From Promethearchaeota archaeon (GTDB taxonomy: Archaea > Asgardarchaeota > Lokiarchaeia > Sigyniarchaeales > SOKP01): a stretch of DNA of 15,595 bases. Positions 1 through 8,056 of the stretch are shown here, in pieces. The notes beneath the pieces are model-generated. The model did no database searches, had not been told where the DNA came from, and saw only the letters and a list, made by a program, of their open reading frames with translations. Each line of letters begins with the position of its first letter. Within the stretch, counting starts at the first letter, position 1. The DNA is taken from the NCBI GenBank assembly GCA_011364975.1, contig RDOE01000073.1:1-15595 (forward strand), given 5' to 3'. A program made the translations under genes and the position numbers.

Positions 1-275
1 CATCACAATCCCACAAACACTTATTACGAGCCGAAAGAACAATAATTCTACAGAAATATTTTTAAATAAAGGAGTGACATATATTACATTGGTTATTAGG
101 ATTTAAAAAACCTTAAATTCTAAAATAAAACACATAAAAATAAATACCAGATTATTACATGTTACTATTGCAAAACAAATAAAAAAGTAACAAATCGATC
201 AAAATTTTACATTAACCCAATAAAATACTGTGAAATTGATCAAAAAAATTAACAACAAAAAAAAAGTGAAAAAAA

Positions 276-1202
276 ATGTCTTATAGAGACCGCTTACGAT
301 CTGCGAAAGTTAGTTCAATGGAAGAGACAAGTTGCTCAGATCAATGTTGTGATAACCCTTCTGTCGAATCAAGAGATGGTGATGTCGTTTGTTTAAACTG
401 TGGAATGATTCAAAGCCGTAATTTGGTTGGGAATGAGCGCCGTGCGTATACTGTAGAAGAAGTAAACAAGCGTCGCCGAACTGAACCACGATGGCGTGAA
501 TTTGGACCACGAACCATGTTACCAAATTCGAAAATCGATTCAAAAGGGAGATTGATTAATGCAAAAGGAAAAACCCTTTTCTCTAGATTATCAAAGATTC
601 AAAATTCATTAATTTCAAGCATCGAGAGAAACTTCTGGGAAGCAAAACCAAAGTTGAAAATGTTAACTTCAAAGATGAACATTCCTGAATACATTAAAGA
701 GACTGCATGGAAAATCTATAGTGTTGTAGCGAGAAAGAAATTGACCATGGGGAGGTCAATTGATGGTTTTATAGCTGCTTCATTATATGCTGCTATTCGG
801 GTACACGAATTTCCACGATTACTTGAAGAAGTATGCGATGCTTCTATGACTCCTCGAAGAACAGTCCACAGAAGCTTAGGCATGGTGGTAAAGGAAGTTT
901 TACCTGAGTTAAACCTCAGATATAAACCGATTACGGCAGAACAATTAGTATTTCGATTTGGTAATGATTTAGGATTACCAATGGATGTTCAAAAGAAAGC
1001 AATTAATATGCTTACCGAAGCCTCAAAAAACGGATTATTACGAACAGGTAAGGATCCGAAGGGTTTAGCCGCCAGTGTTATTTATATGGCAGCCAAAGCA
1101 AGCAACTGTCGCAAGACTCAAGCGGAAGTCTCGGAAATCGCCAAGGTTACCGAAGTCACCCTTAGAAGTCGCTCTAAACAAATTAAAAGCAAATTAGCAT
1201 AA
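276..1202 (+). CDS. tfb: Archaeal transcription initiation factor B (TFB/TFIIB family)
   Basis: N-terminal Zn ribbon (CCDNP...VVCLNCG), two cyclin-like repeats (GRSIDGFIAASLYAAIR...PRLLEEV; GKDPKGLAASVIY) and a C-terminal BRE-binding HTH (TQAEVSEIAKVTEVTLRSRSKQI). SD-like GTGA at 266-269. Confidence 0.95.
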   Translation: MSYRDRLRSAKVSSMEETSCSDQCCDNPSVESRDGDVVCLNCGMIQSRNLVGNERRAYTVEEVNKRRRTEPRWREFGPRTMLPNSKIDSKGRLINAKGKTLFSRLSKIQNSLISSIERNFWEAKPKLKMLTSKMNIPEYIKETAWKIYSVVARKKLTMGRSIDGFIAASLYAAIRVHEFPRLLEEVCDASMTPRRTVHRSLGMVVKEVLPELNLRYKPITAEQLVFRFGNDLGLPMDVQKKAINMLTEASKNGLLRTGKDPKGLAASVIYMAAKASNCRKTQAEVSEIAKVTEVTLRSRSKQIKSKLA

Positions 1203-1225
1203 GAATTTAAGAACTAACGTGAAGA

Positions 1226-1280
1226 TTTTTTTATATTATTTTTTCTAATTTTCTATTTTTTCTTTATTTATTTTAAGTTT
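1226..1280 (+). terminator. Probable archaeal oligo(T) terminator of tfb
   Basis: T7 run at 1226-1232 followed by several more T-tracts, 24 nt after the stop codon. Confidence 0.45.
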
Positions 1281-1355
1281 TAATAAGGGAGAATATAATT
1301 TTATAACTTAAGAGTGTATTATTTACTATAGTTACTTAGTTAACATAGTGATAAT

Positions 1356-2579
1356 ATGGATCCAATTCAAATTTCTATGTTTATTATCTCTCTAGTTATC
1401 GGATATATCCTTGGAACCATTAATCCGGGATATCTTATTGGAAGGATGAAAGGGATTGATATTCGTCAAGTAGGCACCAAAAATCCTGGAACTTCTAATG
1501 TATGGCATACATTAGGCAAGAAATATGGTATTTTAACTGCAACGTATGACATTTTTAAAAGTTTAATCGCTTGTATTATTGCAATCTATGCATTGGGATT
1601 AAATTATTTTTTTGCTCAATTTAGTGGGATAGTTGCAATAATTGGTCATTGTTTTCCATTTTATCTTGGATTTCGGGGAGGAAAAGGAGTAGCATCAGCT
1701 ATCGGGATGTTACCTTATTATGTTTCAATGTATATGTCTTCTACTGTACCATTCGACTTAACTATGATCTATCTTGTAATATTTTTGTTAATAATTGCTT
1801 TATTGTTCATTTATATTACACATTTGCTCAGTATGTTGGCTTGGATTATGTTTCCAATTATGGGGTTTGCGTCTTTTATATTATATCCTGGAAATGCTTT
1901 TAACATCTTTTTCGTTATTATCCTGTCATATTTAGTTGGATTTGTAACATATAGCGCAGTAATTAATAAGAAATTCCCCTTAGAAGGAAAAATTTTTAAA
2001 GCAGATTGGATTCGGATGGGTTTGCGTCTATTGACTATATTTTTCCTCGTATTTTATGACCTTTTCGACAAATCAACTGCCTTGGTGATTATCATTATTT
2101 TTGGGGCACTTTTTATTTCAATAGATCTATTTAGGATTATAAAAGGAAAAGAAGATGATGAAAAACCACCCGAATCCAGGGGGCTATATCGTAAAGGGGA
2201 AACTAAGAAATTTTCTTCGATTAGTATCTATGTAGTAGCTTTTTTTATGTCTATTCTCCTATTTCCTAGAGAGATTGCTTTTAGTGCTACTGTTTATCTC
2301 ATTTTCGGTGATATTTTTGGTAAAATCTTTGGGTTAGGATTTGGAAAACACAAACTACTCAATAAAACCGTTGAAGGAACTTTAGCGTATGCAGGATGCA
2401 TGTGTTTATCGGGGTATATACTATTTATGCTCTTAGATATCTCTCCGATAATTCTTATAATAGGAGGAATCGCAGCACCTATTACAGAATTATTGTCGTT
2501 GGAAATGAATGATAATTTTACAGTGTCATTAATAAGCGGAACGGTTATGATGTATACTGCTTTCTTAATGGGAATTTAA
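1356..2579 (+). CDS. PlsY-like glycerol-3-phosphate acyltransferase fused to a CTP-dependent lipid (diacylglycerol/polyprenol) kinase domain, paralog 1
   Basis: PlsY signatures GYILGTINPGY, DIRQVGTKNPGTSN, YDIFK and GHCFPFYLGFRGGKGVA in aa ~1-205. Kinase signatures FGDIFGKIFGLGFGKHK, KTVEGTLA and NDNFTV in aa ~218-407. Hydrophobic throughout. SD-like GTGAT at 1348-1352. Confidence 0.85.
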   Translation: MDPIQISMFIISLVIGYILGTINPGYLIGRMKGIDIRQVGTKNPGTSNVWHTLGKKYGILTATYDIFKSLIACIIAIYALGLNYFFAQFSGIVAIIGHCFPFYLGFRGGKGVASAIGMLPYYVSMYMSSTVPFDLTMIYLVIFLLIIALLFIYITHLLSMLAWIMFPIMGFASFILYPGNAFNIFFVIILSYLVGFVTYSAVINKKFPLEGKIFKADWIRMGLRLLTIFFLVFYDLFDKSTALVIIIIFGALFISIDLFRIIKGKEDDEKPPESRGLYRKGETKKFSSISIYVVAFFMSILLFPREIAFSATVYLIFGDIFGKIFGLGFGKHKLLNKTVEGTLAYAGCMCLSGYILFMLLDISPIILIIGGIAAPITELLSLEMNDNFTVSLISGTVMMYTAFLMGI

Positions 2580-2593
2580 AATCTTTAATATCC

Positions 2594-2622
2594 TTTTTTT
2601 TATTTATTTTAATCTTTATTTT
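2594..2622 (+). terminator. Probable oligo(T) terminator after paralog 1
   Basis: T8 at 2594-2601 plus further T-tracts just after the stop codon. Confidence 0.45.
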
Positions 2623-2879
2623 TCTATAAAGTATGCGTTACATTAAAATATAGACAAAAATTTAATGCAGGAAATTATATTTAAGGTACTTAAAATATAA
2701 AAAGTCACATTTCCGGCTTAAACTAATTAAAGGTTAAAAATTAAGTTTAATAAGTAAATTATTTTTGTCTCTTTATTTGGTATACCTAAATGTTTAAAAA
2801 TTACATTAACTAAACTTTAAATGTATGTCTAATACTATAATATTTTGAAATACAATGCTGAAGATGGTTAGGAAGTTAA

Positions 2880-4085
2880 ATGCAACCTTTTGAGATATTT
2901 ATAACAATTTTATGTATACTTATTGGATATATTATAGGCTCAGTAAACCCCGCCTACTTTTTTGGAAAGTATAAGGGGATAAACCTTAGAGAAGTAGGTA
3001 CAAAAAACCTTGGAACAGCAAATACATATTGGACTTTAGGTTTTAGGTATGCGGCACCTACTGCGTTTTATGATACGTTTAAAAGTTTATTTGTAATTTT
3101 AATTGCACTGTTACTAGGAGTAAACCTTTTTTTTGCCCATATCTGTGGATTAATGACAATTATAGGGCACATATTTCCTTTTTATTTAAGATTTAGAGGA
3201 GGACAAGGAGTAGCAGCTGCTACAGGAATGTTACTCTATTATTTATTGAATTATTTTATTTTAAATTTTTTTTATTTCTTCTTTATGTTTTATTTGATAT
3301 TAATCGTAATTATATTTACTTATATCACAAGAGCAGGTAATTTATTAAGTCCGTTAGTACTTCCCCTTTTAGGTTATTCTGTTTGGGTTACTTTTCCTGG
3401 AAATATATTTAATCTCTTCTTCACGATAATTCTTGCACATATAACAGGGATTGGTACCTATAACGTGATTAAGCGTCGAATGGTAAAAATAGAAGATGAG
3501 AATTTTCGAACTCATTGGTGGCGAGTTGCAGCACGTCCATTTGCTACTCTTTTTCTAGTATTTTATGCATTTCAACCACAAACAAACACTTTATTTTTTA
3601 TTGGTGTGATTTCCTTATTTTTTATAATCTTTGATATTTATCGCTTTATTCATAAACAAGCGGACGAATTGATAACTACTAAAGTAAAAGCACTATTAAG
3701 AAAGAATGAAATGAAGAAATTTTCTTCTATGACTATTTTCTTAGTTGCCCTGTTTATTACCATTTTGCTTTTTAGAAAAGAAGTAGCTATCGTATCCTCA
3801 GTATTTTTAATATTTGGAGATTCATTTGGAAAAGTATTTGGTTTAGCTTATGGGCGGCATAAATTACACGATAAATCATTAGAAGGAACACTTGCGTATG
3901 CTGGCAGTGTGCTAATTATGGGATATATTTTGTATACTACAATCCCAATTTCATTACCCGTCCTCATCTTAGGAGGAATTTCTGCTCCAGTAGTTGAATT
4001 TTTCTCCATGGGTGTTAATGACAATTTAACAGTACCTTTAATTACGGGGTCAATTATGACGGTTGCCCTTATCACAGGACTATGA
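2880..4085 (+). CDS. PlsY-like acyltransferase / CTP-dependent lipid kinase fusion, paralog 2
   Basis: GYIIGSVNPAY, NLREVGTKNLGTAN, YDTFK and GHIFPFYLRFRGGQGVA; C-terminal LLRKNE, FGDSFGKVFGLAYGRHK, KSLEGTLA and NDNLTVP. Confidence 0.85.
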   Translation: MQPFEIFITILCILIGYIIGSVNPAYFFGKYKGINLREVGTKNLGTANTYWTLGFRYAAPTAFYDTFKSLFVILIALLLGVNLFFAHICGLMTIIGHIFPFYLRFRGGQGVAAATGMLLYYLLNYFILNFFYFFFMFYLILIVIIFTYITRAGNLLSPLVLPLLGYSVWVTFPGNIFNLFFTIILAHITGIGTYNVIKRRMVKIEDENFRTHWWRVAARPFATLFLVFYAFQPQTNTLFFIGVISLFFIIFDIYRFIHKQADELITTKVKALLRKNEMKKFSSMTIFLVALFITILLFRKEVAIVSSVFLIFGDSFGKVFGLAYGRHKLHDKSLEGTLAYAGSVLIMGYILYTTIPISLPVLILGGISAPVVEFFSMGVNDNLTVPLITGSIMTVALITGL

Positions 4086-4096
4086 TTAAAATCAAT

Positions 4097-4119
4097 CTTT
4101 TCTTCATTCTATTTTTTTT
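4097..4119 (+). terminator. Probable oligo(T) terminator after paralog 2
   Basis: Pyrimidine tract ending in T8 at 4112-4119. Confidence 0.4.
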
Positions 4120-4183
4120 ATTACAATTATCTTTAAATTATAAAAATAAGATTAAATTTGTTAACCCTATATAATTTGCAGTT

Positions 4184-4984
4184 GTGTCGTACATTGAGAA
4201 GAAATACAAAGAAAAGATTTCAGAGGTATTTAAAGATTTAGACCTCTTGGATAAAGATATTTTGGAATTATTTCAAGAAAAATCTATAAAAAAATCTGAT
4301 AAAATTGCTAAATTATGTTCCCTATGTACGAAGAATGTAAACTTAATTCTTAAAAAGTATTATCCTGAGATTAAGGAGATTAACGATAAACTCCAGATCA
4401 AATCTGTTTTAAAATTTTATTTTGATCTAATCGATAAGATAACAGATTTTATTAGAAATGTTGAAAATTTCACCCAGCTTGATGAAAGATATTATGATAA
4501 TATGATAAAATTTCTAAGAGAGAAAGAGGAGCTAATTTCTGGTAAATATAAAGAATTATCCCGTCGTGAATTAACCATGTTTTATGATAAAACTACACGC
4601 GATAACCTCGAAAAAATATTAGAAATGAAACTAAAAAGTAAAAATAGAGAATTTTTTACATTTGGTCCTTTAGAAGAGGAAATAAAGAAGATCGCAAGGA
4701 TTAATGGTGCCGATCAAATTCAATTTTTCAGATATAGCGCTATTTTAAAAGATTTAGATTTAATAGCTAATCCAAAAACAATAATCAATTATTCTATACA
4801 TTCTGATGATGAGAGAAAATTAAAACAAATTGGAACCGCGGTCAAATCATATTTAATATCAAAAGGCTATGACGCAATTATATTAATCGTAGAATTATCA
4901 GATATTGATTTAGAGAGAGAAATATTGACAGGGAGTATCATTACTAATGCAAATCTATTTTACGATGAAAATGTCAATGGATAG
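4184..4984 (+). CDS. Hypothetical soluble protein: helical N-terminal region plus a C-terminal region resembling a reduced QueG/reductive-dehalogenase-like domain without Fe-S motifs
   Basis: 266-aa ORF with GTG start and a natural K/E/I/L-rich composition. C-terminal motifs LEEEIKKIARINGAD, PKTII, YLISKGYDA and GSIITNANL. The domain assignment is by eye only. Confidence 0.75.
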   Translation: MSYIEKKYKEKISEVFKDLDLLDKDILELFQEKSIKKSDKIAKLCSLCTKNVNLILKKYYPEIKEINDKLQIKSVLKFYFDLIDKITDFIRNVENFTQLDERYYDNMIKFLREKEELISGKYKELSRRELTMFYDKTTRDNLEKILEMKLKSKNREFFTFGPLEEEIKKIARINGADQIQFFRYSAILKDLDLIANPKTIINYSIHSDDERKLKQIGTAVKSYLISKGYDAIILIVELSDIDLEREILTGSIITNANLFYDENVNG

Positions 4985-5166
4985 CTTCTAAAATGTAATT
5001 GTTTTTTTGTATCATTAGGAATAGAGTTTTTATAAAAATTAGATATAATTTCTCTCTTAATTTTTAAGGTTTTTTCATGTATTCATTAAAATTTGGATGT
5101 TTAAAAGTTATATTTATATAAATTTGAAAACCTAATTTATTAAATACTAGATATTTATTTTAAAAA

Positions 5167-5172
5167 GAGGTG
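5167..5172 (+). promoter_or_regulatory. Shine-Dalgarno sequence for paralog 3
   Basis: GAGGTG 5 nt upstream of the TTG at 5178. The resulting N-terminus (MNPFEI) aligns with those of paralogs 1 and 2 (MDPIQI, MQPFEI). Confidence 0.75.
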
Positions 5173-5177
5173 TTAAT

Positions 5178-6401
5178 TTGAATCCATTTGAAATCTCTTT
5201 ATTTATTATAAGTTTAATTATAGGTTATTTAATTGGTACAATCAATCCTGGATACATTTTCGGAAGGATAGTGAAGAAGATTGATTTGAGAGAAGTTGGG
5301 TCAAAAAATGCCGGGACTTCAAATACTTATAAGGTATTAGGAATTAAATATGCGGTACCCACTGCTCTTTACGATATATTTAAAGCCGTTATTGCGGTGA
5401 TTATAGCTTTATTGATGGGTTTAGATGCTTTTTGGGCCCAATTTAGCGGGATCATGACTATAATAGGTCATATATTTCCTTTTTACCTTAATTTTCGAGG
5501 TGGAAGAGGAGTTGCTGCCGCAATAGGGATGTGGTTGTTTTACGTGGGTTTGTATTGCTATTTAAATTTAATATTTATTTTTATGGTGGGGTATTTTGTA
5601 TTACTAGCAACAATTTTCTCTTATATTACTAGGCGTTTTAATTTAATACCTGTCACCTCTTTCTCCCTGATGATTTTCTTTGTATTTATTCATTATTCTG
5701 CATTTAATTTCATTTATAACATCTGGTTTAGTTTAATCGTGGCACATATCATTGTATTTACGATGATTGATTTTTTCACTGAAGTTGAGATTAAAATTGA
5801 TGATGAAAGCTTCACCGGCCATAAATGGCGCATAGTTTTACGATTTGGAACGATTATTTTTCTATTTTTCTATGAATTTATTTCATTAGAGATATCCTTA
5901 TTATCTATTAGTCTATTTGCTCTGTTTTTTATCGTTCTTGACCTCCGAAGGTTAATAAGGGAATATGGAAAAGATTCCCCAGAAGAAAAATCATCCAAAA
6001 CAGAAGTTATGTATAGAGAGAAGGAAAAGAAGAAGTTTTCTTCAATTAGTATTTACATTGTTGCCTACTTTTTTACTTTAGTTATATTTCCTAAACCAAT
6101 TGCTATTACTGCTGCAACTTTCTTAATTTTTGGAGACACTTCCAGTAAATTTTTCGGATTAGCATTTGGAAAGCATAAAATATTAAATAAAACTCTCGAA
6201 GGAACCCTCGCATATGTAGGAGTTGTATTAATTAGTGGATATCTTCTTTACGAATTATTAGATATATCGCCTATAGTTATTATTTTAGGTGGAATATCCG
6301 CACCCATAACTGAATTATTAACCTTAGATATGAACGATAATTTCACCGTTCCAATTATAAGTGGAGCTATCATGTTTGCAGCTTTCTCTGTGGGTCTATA
6401 A
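5178..6401 (+). CDS. PlsY-like acyltransferase / CTP-dependent lipid kinase fusion, paralog 3
   Basis: GYLIGTINPGY, DLREVGSKNAGTSN, YDIFK and GHIFPFYLNFRGGRGVA; C-terminal FGDTSSKFFGLAFGKHK, KTLEGTLA and NDNFTVP. Confidence 0.85.
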   Translation: MNPFEISLFIISLIIGYLIGTINPGYIFGRIVKKIDLREVGSKNAGTSNTYKVLGIKYAVPTALYDIFKAVIAVIIALLMGLDAFWAQFSGIMTIIGHIFPFYLNFRGGRGVAAAIGMWLFYVGLYCYLNLIFIFMVGYFVLLATIFSYITRRFNLIPVTSFSLMIFFVFIHYSAFNFIYNIWFSLIVAHIIVFTMIDFFTEVEIKIDDESFTGHKWRIVLRFGTIIFLFFYEFISLEISLLSISLFALFFIVLDLRRLIREYGKDSPEEKSSKTEVMYREKEKKKFSSISIYIVAYFFTLVIFPKPIAITAATFLIFGDTSSKFFGLAFGKHKILNKTLEGTLAYVGVVLISGYLLYELLDISPIVIILGGISAPITELLTLDMNDNFTVPIISGAIMFAAFSVGL

Positions 6402-6509
6402 TATTCCCAATTTGGTTTTTCTTTTTATTATTTTGGAGTAATATGAGTTAAGATTGATAATCTTTAGAAAAATATTTAACGTTCACATCATTTTTAATTT
6501 TGATTAAGT

Positions 6510-7985
6510 ATGGATGATAACAAATCTGAAGTTCCTCTAACAGGTATTACAGTAAAGAAGGAAGAAGATTTTTCAGAATGGTACACTGAGTTATTAAATA
6601 AAGCAGAATTAGCAGATATTCGATATAATGTTAAAGGGTTCATTGTATATAGAGAATGGGCAACAATTACAATAAGAAAAATGTTTAAAAAAACAGAAGA
6701 CCTACTAGAAAAAAAGGGGCACCTTCCCTTAACTATGCCTTCACTAATTCCTGAATCTAACTTTTTATTAGAAGCGCAACACGTCGAAGGGTTTGCTCCT
6801 GAAGTATTTTGGGTTACCGAAGCGGGTAGTTCGGGTAAATTACCAGAACGGTTAGCGTTACGTCCTACAAGTGAGACAGCACTTTATAAGATGTATGCGT
6901 TATGGTTAAGAAGCTATAAGGATCTGCCTTTTAAGAGATACTTATCTTGCCAAGTTTGGAGGTATGAAGGAAAAATGACGAGACCATTTTTTAGAGGTCG
7001 GGAATTTCATTGGATTGAATCTCATAATGTTTTCGCCACAATGGAAGATGCAATGAAACAGGTTAAAGAAGATATGGATTCAACCTACCAGATTCTTCAA
7101 GATGAGTGTTGTATTCCAATTATATTTTTTCAAAGACCAGAATGGGACAAATTTGCAGGAGCCGTTCATACCTATGCAGCAGATGCATTAATGGGTTCTG
7201 GGAAAGTATTACAGCTACCTTCGACTCATCTTTTAGGCCAAAATTTTGCTAAACCATTTCAGGTTAAATTTGTTGACAATGATGGAGAAGAGAAGTATGC
7301 TTATCAGACTTGTTATGGACCAGCTCAAAGCAGAAATTATGGTGCAATGATTGCTTATCTTGGGGATGATAAAGGTTTAGTGTTACCATTCGATTTAGCT
7401 CCAGTTCAAATCGTTATAGTTCCAATCTTTTTCAAAGGTAAAGAGAAATTAGTTTTGGATAAGGCAAGCGAAGTTTTTAAGCAATTAGAGGAGAAATATG
7501 TCGTTAAGATCGATGATCGGGACGAATCAGTTGGTAGCAAATTCTATTATTGGGAACTACGCGGAGTGCCTATTCGAATAGAAATTGGACCAAAAGATAT
7601 TCAAAAGAAACAGTTTGTGGTCGTTAAAAGACATGATGGGCAAAAATTTATTATAAAAGAGACGGAATTAGTAAAAAGAATTGATGAAATTGCTCAAAAC
7701 TATACTAATGAAATCAAAAAGAAATCCTTAGTGGATTTTGAATCTCAAATTGAATTAGTGTATGAAAAAGACTCCGCAATTCAGGCCATTAACAACGGAA
7801 AAATCGTCGCATGTGGCTTCTGCTCTATAGATTTTGATGGTGAAAAATGCGCAGAAGTAGTTGAAAAGGAAATTGGTGCGTTTGTTAGAGGTAAAAGAGT
7901 AGATGAGGAAAAGCATGAATTTGCCAACTGTTTGATTTGTGGGAAACCTGCTGGATGTACTGTCTACATCGCTAGAGCATATTAA
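6510..7985 (+). CDS. proS: Proline--tRNA ligase, archaeal/eukaryote type
   Basis: DFSEWY, HVEGFAPEVFWVT, LALRPTSET, motif 2 (WRYEGKMTRPFFRGREF), anticodon-binding domain (APVQIVIVPI...GVPIRIEIGPKD), C-terminal Zn-binding CLICG and terminal ARAY. Confidence 0.97.
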   Translation: MDDNKSEVPLTGITVKKEEDFSEWYTELLNKAELADIRYNVKGFIVYREWATITIRKMFKKTEDLLEKKGHLPLTMPSLIPESNFLLEAQHVEGFAPEVFWVTEAGSSGKLPERLALRPTSETALYKMYALWLRSYKDLPFKRYLSCQVWRYEGKMTRPFFRGREFHWIESHNVFATMEDAMKQVKEDMDSTYQILQDECCIPIIFFQRPEWDKFAGAVHTYAADALMGSGKVLQLPSTHLLGQNFAKPFQVKFVDNDGEEKYAYQTCYGPAQSRNYGAMIAYLGDDKGLVLPFDLAPVQIVIVPIFFKGKEKLVLDKASEVFKQLEEKYVVKIDDRDESVGSKFYYWELRGVPIRIEIGPKDIQKKQFVVVKRHDGQKFIIKETELVKRIDEIAQNYTNEIKKKSLVDFESQIELVYEKDSAIQAINNGKIVACGFCSIDFDGEKCAEVVEKEIGAFVRGKRVDEEKHEFANCLICGKPAGCTVYIARAY

Positions 7986-8056
7986 CTTATTATGATTTAT
8001 TTGGATAATATTAAATTTATTTAAACACTATCATAAATAGCTTTTAAAGAAACATA

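Noticed and set aside
1-45. Possible coding fragment at the window edge: plus-frame HHNPTNTYYEPKEQ-stop, or a minus-strand ATG at 3..1 preceded by GGGATTGTG
   Set aside because: Too little sequence to tell a gene end from a divergent gene start.
98-121. Imperfect inverted repeat AGGATTTAA / TTAAATTCT
   Set aside because: One mismatch in 9 bp in very AT-rich DNA is within chance.
310-543. 77-aa minus-strand ORF
   Set aside because: Antisense shadow inside tfb with no motif.
1649-1903. 84-aa alternative-frame ORF
   Set aside because: Lies within paralog 1, has an unnatural composition, and no equivalent ORF is listed in the other paralogs.
2718-2750. Inverted repeat TTAAACT...AGTTTAA
   Set aside because: Only 7 bp and almost all A/T.
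3848-4075. 75-aa minus-strand ORF
   Set aside because: Antisense shadow of paralog 2.
4982-5035. TAG read-through of the QueG-like ORF would add LLKCNCFF..., placing Cys near where Fe-S motifs would begin
   Set aside because: CNC does not match CxxCxxCxxxCP, the extension stops after 16 codons, and it overlaps a T-tract terminator candidate.
1356-6401. Triplication as an assembly artefact or mobile-element product; gene symbol plsY
   Set aside because: The copies are strongly diverged at DNA level and no IS or terminal repeats were seen. The symbol is withheld because motifs 1 and 3 are non-canonical and the proteins are fusions.
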